Below, piece after piece: positions 33,610-43,707 of a DNA stretch of 43,707 nt (positions within the stretch are counted from its first letter, which is position 1; every line of letters starts with the position of its first letter). The stretch spans positions 335,272-378,978 of the forward strand of contig NW_008246070.1 of NCBI RefSeq assembly GCF_000281045.1. The letters run 5' to 3'. The translations under genes and the position numbers were made by a program. A model generated the notes under the pieces. It made no database searches and was not told the DNA's origin. It saw only the letters and a list, made by a program, of their open reading frames with translations. Origin of the DNA: Saprolegnia diclina VS20. Its lineage: Eukaryota.

Positions 33610-34416
33610 ATGCCAAATGGTGCCTTCGACCTTGAGCAACGTGTCGAGGTCGAGGTCGACGCACGCCTCCGCCGCCTCGTCGCGTTCGCTGACGAGATGG
33701 CAATGCCGCGGGACGTGAGGGGCGTCGATGACGTCGTTGCGCGTCTCGTTACGACAGTGGCTCTCTTTGACGACGCCGCGTTGCCGACGCAGATGCAGCT
33801 GTACACGCTGCTACACGCGGCACGTGCGGCCAACGCGAGCAGCCACTCGCATGGTGCGACCAAGTGTTTACCCTAAATGGTCATCAGAACGTGTAGAGAT
33901 CAACGAGATGCGCCGGCTTGCAGCGTCCGTGCAGCATCGTCATAGGCACGAACACGTGCAGCGCCAAGTTAGCGCGCTCCTCGACCCGGCGCCATCGCTC
34001 GCGTCGCCAACAACGCTGGAAGCTGTCGACGAAGTAGGCTCGTTTGTACGTCCGAAATCGAAACAGCTCAACGGGCTAGGACGAGCGCGAAGAGCGATGG
34101 GACGACCATGGCCGCTCCGACTACCTCCGTGCAGTTCCCACTCTTCCCACTGTGTTCACCCAACGATGTACTAGGACGCAATGTGCTTGGACTCAAGTAT
34201 GCGCCTCGCCACGACTGTGGTGCGTACCGTCGGTTCCCTGGAAGCGACGCCGACATTTACAAGCGCGTACGGCGTCGGCGCAAAGACAAGCTCGTGGACG
34301 ACGAGTGTCGGCGCTTGGCGCGACTCAACAAGCAGCCGCCGCTCCAAGGTCATTGGATGTACGTCGAAGCAACGGATGTGACGAGCCACTACGTCACCGT
34401 CGACGACGCGACATAA
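33610..34416 (+). CDS. Hypothetical protein (4 exons)
   Basis: Introns at about 33864-33896, 34034-34079 and 34129-34174 join MPNGAFDLEQ..., INEMRRL..., DEREERWDDHGRSDYL and RRNVLGLKY...DDAT-TAA in frame. Confidence 0.55.
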
Positions 34417-34431
34417 ATGACATATTGAGAT

Positions 34432-36030
34432 TTACATGCGGAACGACAGCGCAGCGTCGTCTTTGACCAAGCGGTTGGAGATGCTCTGCAGCACGTTGAG
34501 GTCTTCGACAGTAAACATCTCGGGCTGGGCCTGGAGGAAGAGCGAGAGCTGCGTCACGGCCGACTGCGCGACGCTGCTGTTGGTGATCGCGGGCATGACT
34601 TCGTCCGTGAGAACCGTGGTCTGCATCGGCGGATGCTCGTCATCGTCGTCGGGCGTCGCGAGTGGTTCGTCCTGCAGTTGCGCGGCTTCCGGCGGCTCTT
34701 TCCCGTAGATCATAACATGCAGCGCGCGCCACTCGCTCTGGATCTGCTGCCGCGTGTTCTCAGAGAGGACCGCGTCGACGTCGGGGCCCTCCTCGATCCA
34801 TATGTCGGGCACCCACCCGGCTTTGCGCCAATGGCTCTTGATGACGTGCGCGGGGAAGTCCTTCCAGAGCTGGACGCACCAGAGGAGGACTTGCTCCGGC
34901 GCGATCGTCGGGTGCACGAGGCTCTCGGAGAGCATCCCGTCTGCGTCGTGCGCCTCCATGACGGACGAGAGCTGCCATTTCAGATGCGCGAGCTTGTACT
35001 GGAGCTGGAAGAGCCGGCCGACCCCCATGTTGATGGGCGACGGGCACTTGCGTGGCACGAAGAAGACGGTCGTGTGCGACAGCTGGATCCGCGTCGCGTG
35101 GAGCTGCGCCGCGGCGGTCGGCCGGCCGTTCAAGCAGTGGCTTGGCGTCTGGTCGACAAAGCAGATCGCGTGGCGCGCCAACTGCGCCATCTTGGCGTTA
35201 AAATGCAGCATGTACTTGGAGAAGAGCTCCTTGCCCATGCTTGCACGCGGGAGAACGTCGACGTGCACGTACTCGGACGCGTTCATCATGTCGCTGAACT
35301 GCGCGGCCTCGGTGCTCTTGCGAATACAGGCCATCGCGGTGTTCTCATTGCCCGTCATGTTGGTCATGAGGCCGACCACGAGGTGATGGCCACGCGATTT
35401 CGCAGCCGACGATTTGCCAAAGCAGAGCTGGACTTCGTCAAAGTGGAAGATGTCGTCGGGCTTGTTGGTGTTGTCCAAAATGAGCCTCTGGATGTGCTCC
35501 GCCCAGTCTTCTGTGTCGAGGTCCGACGGGCGAGGCAGCGCTTTCGCCGGCGTTGGCGTCGGCAGCGACGGCGACTCGCTGCTGGCGGTCATGCGAATGT
35601 TGTGGCGCCGCTTGAAATTCTGAACCCATCCGTTCGAGATCTTGAAGTCCTCTTCCTTGATGTTGTACTCTTCGCGGAGGCGCTCGGCGTGCGTGGTCAA
35701 GATCGCGTCCGAGAGCCGGCCGCCTTGGGCGCGCACTTGCTGCAGCAGTAGGCTAAGACCATGCTCGAGCGCTTCGAACTTGCCGCCACGCACGCGCTTC
35801 CGGCTGAGCAGCGATGGGTCCATGGCGAGCCACTTGTCCTTGTCCTTGAGCGTCTTGGTCACATTGAGCCGGGCGACGCGCCGGGCGTCCGGGTCCTCGA
35901 GCGTCCGGTTGTACTCATTGGCGATCTGCTGGTGCGTCCACTTGTCCTGGAGCTGGTAGATCTCGCAGATCCGCTTCTTCTCGGCCAGCGACAGCGCCAA
36001 TCGCGTCGGCTTCTTTGGCTCGGTAGTCAT
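34432..36030 (-). CDS. CENP-B / pogo-Tigger transposase-derived protein (HTH-psq, HTH-CENPB, degenerate DDE_1), probably domesticated
   Basis: LSLAEKKRICE, RKRVRGGKFEALEHGL and FKISNGWVQNFKRRHNI. DDE remnants FHFDE, FVDQTPSH and PINMG. Intact single exon, no TIRs seen, immediately flanked by host genes. Confidence 0.88.
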   Translation of the reverse strand: MTTEPKKPTRLALSLAEKKRICEIYQLQDKWTHQQIANEYNRTLEDPDARRVARLNVTKTLKDKDKWLAMDPSLLSRKRVRGGKFEALEHGLSLLLQQVRAQGGRLSDAILTTHAERLREEYNIKEEDFKISNGWVQNFKRRHNIRMTASSESPSLPTPTPAKALPRPSDLDTEDWAEHIQRLILDNTNKPDDIFHFDEVQLCFGKSSAAKSRGHHLVVGLMTNMTGNENTAMACIRKSTEAAQFSDMMNASEYVHVDVLPRASMGKELFSKYMLHFNAKMAQLARHAICFVDQTPSHCLNGRPTAAAQLHATRIQLSHTTVFFVPRKCPSPINMGVGRLFQLQYKLAHLKWQLSSVMEAHDADGMLSESLVHPTIAPEQVLLWCVQLWKDFPAHVIKSHWRKAGWVPDIWIEEGPDVDAVLSENTRQQIQSEWRALHVMIYGKEPPEAAQLQDEPLATPDDDDEHPPMQTTVLTDEVMPAITNSSVAQSAVTQLSLFLQAQPEMFTVEDLNVLQSISNRLVKDDAALSFRM

Positions 36031-36163
36031 TCGCCGCCCGTTAGTAGAACGACCAGTTCTTGTATCCAGTCCAGTCACCGCAACCGGATTGCGAGCGCTT
36101 TATAAATAAATAAAGCAATATACAGCAACAGCATCCGTATCCGGACTAGAAACAGTTGCCGCC

Positions 36164-37314
36164 ATGTCCTTGCCAGCGTGGGCGGATTGGGACTGCCCGC
36201 GCTGCTCCCTCATCAACGCGCCCGACTGCGACGCATGTGAAGCATGCGACTTGGCGCGCCCTGGTAGACACTCTGCATCAGCGTCGCCCGCTCATGACCA
36301 TGCGTAGACGCGGTGGCGGCGGATCCACGGGCCGCCTTCTTCAACATTGCGCTCGCCAGCGCCGGCGCCAAGCGGCCGATCGATGTGGTCGACTTGGCCT
36401 CGAGCGACGACGACGAGAGCGCCAAAGAGACTGCGGACCCGAAGCCGCATCGTGCGATGGAACGGCCCACAAAGCAGCGCAAGACAGAGACCGACGACAC
36501 GGCAGCGTCCACGCCAGCGCCCGCACCCGCTGTAGCAGCAGCCACCGAGGCCGCTGCGAGCGTTGCAGAACCCAAAGGGCCCGTGACGTTGCGCGTTGCC
36601 TCGCTCAATGTGTGGTTCGACGAGGTGCTCGTGTCCGATCGCATTCGATGCATGACCCACACCATTGCGACGTTGCAGCCGCACGTCGTCTTCCTCCAGG
36701 AGGTCACGCCCGACATGAGTCGCCTCTTTAAAGCGCGCATGGTGCATCTCGGGTACGTCTCGCCCGGCGACGTGGTCGATGTCGCGTACGGCGAAATGAT
36801 CTTTCTCCAGCGGTCGCTGCCTGTCCACCACTACGAACGCGTCGACTTTCCACGCAGCACGATGGGCCGGGGGCTGCACACGCTGCAAACGACGCTGGCC
36901 GGCCGGCGCTTGGCTGTGGCCACCGCGCACCTTGAAAGCCTCGGGCCCAACCGCGCCGTGCGCTTCGAGCAGCTCGACTGGAGCTTCCAGGTCCTGGCAA
37001 TGTCGGATCATCCGTGGGTCTTTGGCGGCGACATGAACCTCGGCAACCGCGAGAAAGCGCAGCTTCCCGACGGTGTGGACGATGCGTGGGTCGCGTGCGG
37101 CAGCGACCCGCTGCACGAACACACGTGGGACACGAGCGTCAACAAGAACCTCCCGGACGTCTCCTACGTCGCCAAGTGCCGGTTTGACCGCCTCTTTAGC
37201 TATGGAATGACCCCGACGACCTTCGCGACTTTCGGCAAGGACAAGCTCCCGACCGATGCGACGATGTACCCTTCCGACCACTGGGGCGTCGTCGCTACGT
37301 ATGCGTTGTCGTAA
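36164..37314 (+). CDS. TDP2: Tyrosyl-DNA phosphodiesterase 2-like EEP nuclease with N-terminal RanBP2/NZF zinc finger
   Basis: Exon 1 (ATG 36164) encodes WDCPRCSLINAPDCDACEAC. Intron 36264-36308. EEP motifs SLNVWF, FLQEVT, STMGRGL, TAHLES, FGGDMNL, TWDTSVN, CRFDR and YPSDHWGV. Confidence 0.9.
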
Positions 37315-37623
37315 CTTCATAAGCCGTCCCCACGAGGGCTAGGGTTATCCACACCTAAACCTAATCCTCCAGAGACAGCAACCGTGTCCTTGCTGCCGAT
37401 TTACCTTACAGTTGATGATCGCGGTCGACCGGTGAGCGGAGACGCCACGGCTGATCAGTCGCGCTTCAAGACTGTAATGACTGTGGGGGTGTGGTGCTCG
37501 CAGGTACATGTAGCAGCACAGAGTCCGACGCTCCTTCTGACGAGCAAGGCTGGACGAATGCTCAACCACTATGATGACGCTGGACTACGATTAAGAGACG
37601 CTATTTCACAACACTACTCTATC

Positions 37624-40600
37624 TTAGCACTCGAGGAGCGACGCGTGGGCGTCCGACGTTTCGAGCAAGCTCCCGTTAAAGTCGGCCGAGAGGCGCTCAA
37701 GGAACGAAAACGAGTTGGTGCGCTGGCCGCGCACGCGGCGTCCGCTGTCGTCCGAGCCAAAGCTCTCGCGGAAGGCCATGTCGACCTCCGAGCCGCTCAC
37801 GGGGCTTCCGGCGGCGCTGTGGCTCGTGATGCTGCTCACATCGCTCGCTTTTCGGTGCAAGTACGAGACGACGTTGGCGCGATCGCGCATGAGGCGGGCG
37901 TTCTCGAGGTGCATTTGACGCGCGTTGAGCGACTGCACGTGACGCGCCGTCGCTGGCAGTGACGTGTGTCGGCGCATATCGGGCGGCGACACACTCGCAT
38001 CGAGCGCTAGCAGAGGCACGTGGCGCTTCCCAAACGTCGCGTGCGTCGGCGGGCTCTCGAGGATGCTCGAGGAGGACGCGGTGCGATGGCGCGGAGGCCG
38101 GAACGTCGTCGTGCGCCCTCGCAAGGCGTCGTCATCGGCGTCGTCGCCGCTCAAGTGCGCCGCCTCCAAGAGCGTCGCTTCCGTCTCGAGCGAGGCCAAA
38201 GACGGTGTCGATCGAGACCCGATGAGGCGCCGGACAGGCTCGGGCGGCGCGGGGGCTTCCACGGGCTTTGGCTTTGGCTTGCGTCGCGCGGTCTTGGTCT
38301 TCTCTGGTAGCACCGAAAAGCTGCAGCGCGAGAGCTGGTCCTGAATTTGCGTCTGGAGCGCGATTTGTTCTTGGATCATGAGGTAGGCCTCCGACTCGGT
38401 CGGCTTGGGCTCGACTTTGACAGGCTTGATGAGCAGCTCAAAGGGCGCGGGCGGCTCGTCGTGCTCGGCGACCGAGTCCTCTACGATCTTACTCTGCCAC
38501 GCGGCCTTCTCTTGCTTCTTGCGCTCTTTGGCCGCCTTCTTGTCACGACCCCACTCCTCAATGCGCTTGAAAAACACTGTGATACCCTTCTCGGGCCGCG
38601 GGTCACAGTCCAAACTCGACCGCAGATCGTCCGCCGTGCTCTTGCTCCGTTGCTCGCGGAACGATGCGGAGCGTAGCCCGTGGTCGAGACTGCGCCGCCC
38701 GCCCATGTCCGAGTGCTGGCGCTGGCGCCGCCGCCTATCGAGCGACAGCGGCGCCTCGTCATCGCAGCGCACGGGCAGGGTAAACCCATCGTTTGGGCGC
38801 CAATAACTCTCAAGAATCTACTCCCTCGTGGATGAGTCTCGTTCCCGAAGTCGAGTTGGTACACATGTACCTTAGGAGGCCCGTTAAAGTACGTGCCGTC
38901 CGGCGTCGCGGGGTCTTCGATCGCTTCCTGCGATAAGTGCCGGGCAAGCGAGCTACAGAGGTGGTCACGAGTCGTTGGCACAGACGACAGATGTACCGTG
39001 ACGACAGCAGCGGGTCGGCCGAGGACTGTCGCCCGCGGTGCCTTCGGCGCTTGGAGGGTGACGCGACGACGCTCCCGCGCGGCGTCTCGGGCATGGACTG
39101 CTTGGCTACGGAGCTAGCAATGCCGGAAGCAAGCTCGAGGCGGTGAATCACGCGCAGGTCTTCGATCGTAATCGTCGGGATGTCCTGCTCTTGGGCTAGT
39201 CGCAGCAGCAGGTTGGGATCCAACGACTCGTTCCGGCCCATCTGCGCAAACCATCAGAAATCAGAGGCGTGCGTAGCCGAACCTGGTTGAGGCACGTGAG
39301 GACGTCGCCGTAGTTGTGGCAGTGCACAATGTTGGCGTGCTCGAGGTGCATCATGGCCAGGGCGACGCGGAAGAGCACCTAGAGTCCCATGAGACGGCCG
39401 CCTTGTGACGTTTGGATGGTACTTCGTTGCCGACGATGAAGAGGAGGTCCCACACCCGCATCGTCACTTCCTTCTTGCACGGGCTGGCAAAGAGCGTGAG
39501 GAACCACTCGGTACATGCCAGCGAAAGCTCGGCGCCAAATCCACCCAAACCCTAAGCCACCTTGATACATTGCAACAAAGCGACGCGTACCTCAATGTGG
39601 CGCAGGACGTCCGGCTTTTGCTGGGCGACGAGCGACGCAAACACGTGCTGATCGACGGCGACGCCGAGCTACGTCGTTGGATGAGGCATATTGACTCACG
39701 ATTGAGAGATACCATGGTCGTGTAGTAGTCCTCGGGCAGCATCGTGATCATGCGCTCGAGAAGCCAAAACGCTGCTTCTTCGTCTCCAACACACTGCAGG
39801 AGGCGCGCGACGACGTAGTTGAGGCCCTGGCAGTAGCCCAAGGTCGGGTTGTGCGCTGCGTACGCCACGAGCACGTTGCGCAGCGCGTCGACGAGGTCGG
39901 GCGAGAAATCGGGATCGTCGGGCGCCACGGTGCGGTCGACGTCGGCGTCGATTTGGCGCACGGCCTCCGCGCTACGCCCCCGTGTGAGTCCATGTAGGTG
40001 ACAACGTCCTACTTGATCGGGTCGTTGGCCAAAAGGCGGCTGTAGTGGCCCGGGTTTTCCCGCATCTCGACGTTGGCGCCCGACAAAATGAGCCAAAGCG
40101 GGCCGTGCAGCTCCGACGGCATGTGCTTGCAGAACGCTTCTTCGCGCACAAGCATCCGGACGCGCTCCTCGGTGCGCCAAAAGTCGTGCGCGAGCTTGCC
40201 CGTGCCGCCGTTGGCGATCGTCTCGTCGTCGTCGGGCGGCGTGCAATACATTTGGAGTTGCTGCATTTCGTATTGCGCAATGAGCTGCGTCCACGCCGAT
40301 GCGCTCTCGGCGCCAACGAACGGCGCGTTGTCGTCGAACGGGGCCACTGGCGTCGGAACCTCGGCGACGAGGGGCGAGATGGGCATCTTGGTGTCTTCCA
40401 TGTCCTGTGCCAAGGTAGAGCCAAGAGTCGAGAACGTGCGAGTACCGCTGTGAAGGACGACGACGACATGTGGAGCGAGCCGAGCGACGCACGCTCCTCG
40501 GGCGTGCGCTGGCGCGAGAGGTGCATGACGGCGGCCTGTAGCGACAGAATCGTCGTATAGACTAGGAACGATAGGTGAACCACAGCGCGAGGACAGTGCG

Positions 40601-40962
40601 GGTACCTTTGTCGGGGTTCGGGCGCTTGAGCAGGTCGCTCGGGCGGAAGCAGTCGTCTTGGGGCACGCCAAAGAAGCGGCAGGCGCTACAAGGAGGCAGC
40701 GTGACGAACGGGGTGCGTGCGTTGCGTACGAGAGAAAGTTCTTGAGATTCTGTCGTCGCGCCTGGTAGCCCGCGGGCTTGGTCGCGTGCTTTTCGTCAAA
40801 CGGGCAGCTCGACTGCTTCATGCCCACGGCGCGGTAGAGCTGGTTGATGAGCAAGCATAGGATGACGCCGTCCTCAAGCGCTTCCACGAAGACGCCATGT
40901 ATGTTCTCGCCGAGCACCATCTCCATCCAGCGCCGGGCGACCTCTTCCCTCGACGACTGCAT
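37624..40962 (-). CDS. Calponin-homology plus TBC (Rab-GAP) domain protein, multi-exon
   Basis: CH: ARRWMEMVLG...FVEALEDGVILCLLINQL. TBC: LWLILSGA, QIDADVDRT (Arg finger), GYCQGLNYV (Gln finger), EWFLTLF, MRVWDL. Long Ser/Arg-rich tail ending SLLEC. Confidence 0.88.
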
Positions 40963-42103
40963 CGGGCGGCGTCGACCTGCACCCCAGAGAGTGTCACCAC
41001 TTGAAAACTGAATACGTCATTACGGTACCCAGCCATGTGGGCCAAAGGGACGTGTTTCTAGATATCTGCCTCCACCATATATATCATAGACCCGGATGTT
41101 GCACTGTGGTATAAAACACGCAACTTTGCCAGTTGCTGCCTTTGGCCCATGCGTGGATCGGCTCGCCGTCGACGAAGCTTCGCCGAGCGCTACCGACGTG
41201 TCCTACCGCAAGAGCCCACTCTCTACTACCGCAGCCAACTCGTCGGCCTCGCAGCTCGCTTGCTGTCGACACATGCAGCGCAGAGGCCAGGTACCGTGCC
41301 AGTTGAGCAGCAGGCGCGTGTAAAGGCACCGGCGAGAGCGTGAAGCATGTGCTACTGCCAACTTGGTGTGGTCTCGTCCATGTGGACACTCGATACAACT
41401 GCCCATACGCGATCACCCTACTATCACCCGCGCGCACTTCGGCGCTTGAACGCAGCCGCATTCTCGGAGCAAGAGCGTCACGTCGCTTCGTCGTCGTTTG
41501 GATGCACCTGCTGGTTGCTACTAGAACGAGTGCACACAGTTTTGGCAGCGCTGGCGATGGTTTCTCAAAAATGAAGCACGACCGTCGACAACCTCGGCGC
41601 TGCGTCGGTCGCTGGCCGAGACGACGTTGTGCGTCGTTGGTTCGGACCTTGGCGTCCGCTAGCCCACTGAACCCAGCCGCCCCATGGCACCCAAGAGACG
41701 CGCGCTGCAGGCAACTGCGCGCGGCAATGTCTCGTGCTTCGTAGTGCCGTGTGAAGAGTAGCAGCGTACCGGCGGTGGCCGGAACTTGGTGATTCGAAGT
41801 AGCCGCCGATGGCTCCCACAGCTTGCAAGTGGTACGTCAAGCTTCGAGAGCTAGCCCACTTCCCACCGCCATGCACGAGACGTGGCTTCTACGGCGAGGA
41901 TCGACCCCACGCCTCTTCGAACACAGCCATACGTACGTGCCAGACGCCCCATGGACAAGGACCATTAGCACACGGCCCAAGGGTATCCTTGATGACCGAT
42001 GGTGCTTCGGCTTGCTGTCAGTGGGGGTCAAGGGAATTTCCTTGGTGGGGTGGCCGTGGAGGTTTATCCGGAGGGAAACTGTTATGTTTATCCGGACGAA
42101 ACG

Positions 42104-42117
42104 TCATTTTTGCATTT
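42104..42117 (+). promoter_or_regulatory. Oomycete INR+FPR core promoter element
   Basis: TCATTTTTGCATTT fits the consensus TCATTYBNNNWTTY, 6 nt upstream of the ATG at 42124. Confidence 0.7.
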
Positions 42118-42123
42118 CCGGTC

Positions 42124-42832
42124 ATGGGCTCGATCTTCTCGACGTCAAGCACGCCCGCAGCCGGGACGAGCCTGGGCAGCGAGTGGCTGCATGGAGACGC
42201 TGCGAGCAAGGACGCGGATTGCGCCGAGAGCGCTGGCGGTGCCACGACGGACGAGGTGCATGGCGCTGTGCGACGAGCTCTTCAGCATGCGATGGCAATG
42301 TCTCGTCTAGGGCAACGCGGACGTCAACTCGGACAAGACGATGCAAAGCCTCGGAGGCAGCGAAGATGCATCCACTGCAGGTATGCCCTCCCAAGTCCTT
42401 GGCGATACACGCTCACGCACGACCGTGGATGAGCAGGACGCAGCGACTCCCTGTCGACCAGCCGCGAGACAGCAAGCATACTGCTGGGACACACCAACGA
42501 AGCACTCTACGAGGTAGTGCAAGCTTGGCTGCTGGAACATGGCAAATTGTTAGGTCTTGAGCGATGACGATGCGGTGGACAGTACTACCGCCATGGACCA
42601 CTCGAAATCGTATCTTGGCAAGCGCGACGCACCAAGTTTCGAACGCAACGGGCCTGCCAAGCGCCAGCGCATGGTCTCCAGTCCGTCGTTGTCTCTACCA
42701 GCACCCGATGACGCGTGCTCACTGCCTCCCTTTCTTCAACTCGATGGGCCCTGGAGCAACCCCAGTGCGAATGTCCAAGCTCCATTTGCCCTCGCCTCGC
42801 CGAAGGCTATTGCCGACTGCCCTTTTGCGTAA
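42124..42832 (+). CDS. Small low-complexity orphan protein (4 exons), possibly myristoylated
   Basis: MGSIFS start follows the INR/FPR. Introns at about 42256-42310, 42381-42436 and 42514-42553 keep the frame open to ...PAKRQR...ADCPFA-TAA. Confidence 0.55.
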
Positions 42833-43378
42833 ACCAACGCTGCAGTTGCCAACGTGTGAGCAGTGCTGCATGCGTTGATTATCGTATGGAGACACTAGCC
42901 ATCTCATTTTGCTTGCTCGAGACACTGCCGCAACCCCCGCTCTCTGTGCTTGGATGGTCTACCGGCAGTCTTTGTGAACGATATCAATGCCGAGTCTTAC
43001 GAAGCACATTGTTTATATTGTCCCCCGAGTTCCCGCTTCGCACCCGCCACTATTTCTAGTGTACTAGTAGGTAGTAAGGGTTAGGAACGTATTAAGAGCA
43101 AGGCCAAGCGAAGGCGCTGTCCTTTCTCGTACCGTCAAAGGCGAGGACCTCTTCAACTTCCATTTCCTGCTGCTTTCATAACAAACCCAGCCTACTCGCG
43201 ATTGACTAGCGACTGCCTCGCGACAAACTAACATCAACCTCGCAACCGACTAACATCAATCTCCCGCCAAGAGAAGAATGGATCAAGCATAAAGATATTC
43301 CATAAGATGAGCAAGGCATAACGACGATACGACCACACACCCTGAGAACCGTCGCCTTGGCGTCCTGGCAGCACGTTG

Positions 43379-43707
43379 TCAAGGGTTGATGTTGTTGTTT
43401 GCGTCCTGGTCACCGAGATAGCCCTCGGCCGTCGCAACGTCCATGTCGTCGTCGTTGTTGGTGTCGCGAATGGGACCGCGGCGCTTGAGTTCGGCGACGA
43501 GCTGGTCGCGGTACGCCTCCATTGAAGCCTGATGGCACCACACGACGGGGCCGTCAACGAGTGCGTATCGCTGTAAGCCGCCGAAAACCTGTTTTGGGTC
43601 CGCCTCGAGGATGTATTCGCGAAATGCGGCAGAGCCCGACTTGACGTCTTCCCACGTGAGGCCCGTCACGACGGACTTGAACTGCGCGAGAGCAAACTTT
43701 GTCGTTT
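43379..43707 (-). CDS. C-terminal part of a gene running off the window, with a Roco/COR-associated-type C-terminal motif
   Basis: Frame is open to the window edge. FREYILEADPKQVFGGLQRYALVDGPVVWCH fits the remembered DP...GGL.R....G...W.C/H motif ending many LRR-Roc-COR-type proteins. Confidence 0.5.
   Translation of the reverse strand, partial: TTKFALAQFKSVVTGLTWEDVKSGSAAFREYILEADPKQVFGGLQRYALVDGPVVWCHQASMEAYRDQLVAELKRRGPIRDTNNDDDMDVATAEGYLGDQDANNNINP

Noticed and set aside
34420..36160. Active Tc1/pogo DNA transposon
   Set aside because: No terminal inverted repeats seen, the catalytic triad is altered, and there is no room between the flanking genes.
477..37314. Functional cluster of chromatin genes (PHD, ADA3, CAF-1B, CENP-B-like, TDP2)
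   Set aside because: They are interspersed with unrelated housekeeping genes, and there is no evidence beyond chance in a gene-dense region.
39547..39555. AAACCCTAA telobox
   Set aside because: It coincides with a TTAG|G splice acceptor of the TBC gene, which explains it.
41050..42050. Possible gene in the spacer between the TBC gene and the orphan
   Set aside because: Only short ORFs and scattered splice-like sites; I could not build a consistent model.

Overview
This is eukaryotic genomic DNA: GC-rich, very gene-dense, with many short (about 40-60 nt) GT-AG introns. The intron style, an oomycete INR/FPR core-promoter match and a flagellar gene point to an oomycete, probably Saprolegniales (inferred, not verified). 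About 22 genes can be reconstructed by reading splice junctions by eye: a PLU-1/PHD chromatin protein, UTP7/WDR46, an R3H-SUZ protein, ADA3-like, a TPR protein, CAF-1 p60, TP53I11-like, p24/TMED, a J-domain-less RME-8-like protein, two tandem uncharacterised paralogues, RSP3, an aquaglyceroporin, SETD3-like, a short RNase Z, an ARM-PHD protein, a hypothetical, a CENP-B/pogo-derived gene, TDP2-like, a CH-TBC RabGAP, a small orphan, and a partial gene with a Roco/COR-like C-terminus. There is one assembly gap. I saw no tRNA, rRNA, CRISPR array or intact transposon. The best novelty candidate is the tandem pair at 21.6-25.6 kb. The two genes share an unnamed helical domain and an identically placed intron. 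One adds a CUE-like N-terminus, a Tudor-like domain and a CaaX end (CALM), and sits head-to-head with RSP3. Next most notable are a pogo-type transposase with its third catalytic Asp replaced, head-to-head with TDP2, and several ultra-compact bidirectional promoters. All family calls come from motif recognition and memory; no searches were run.
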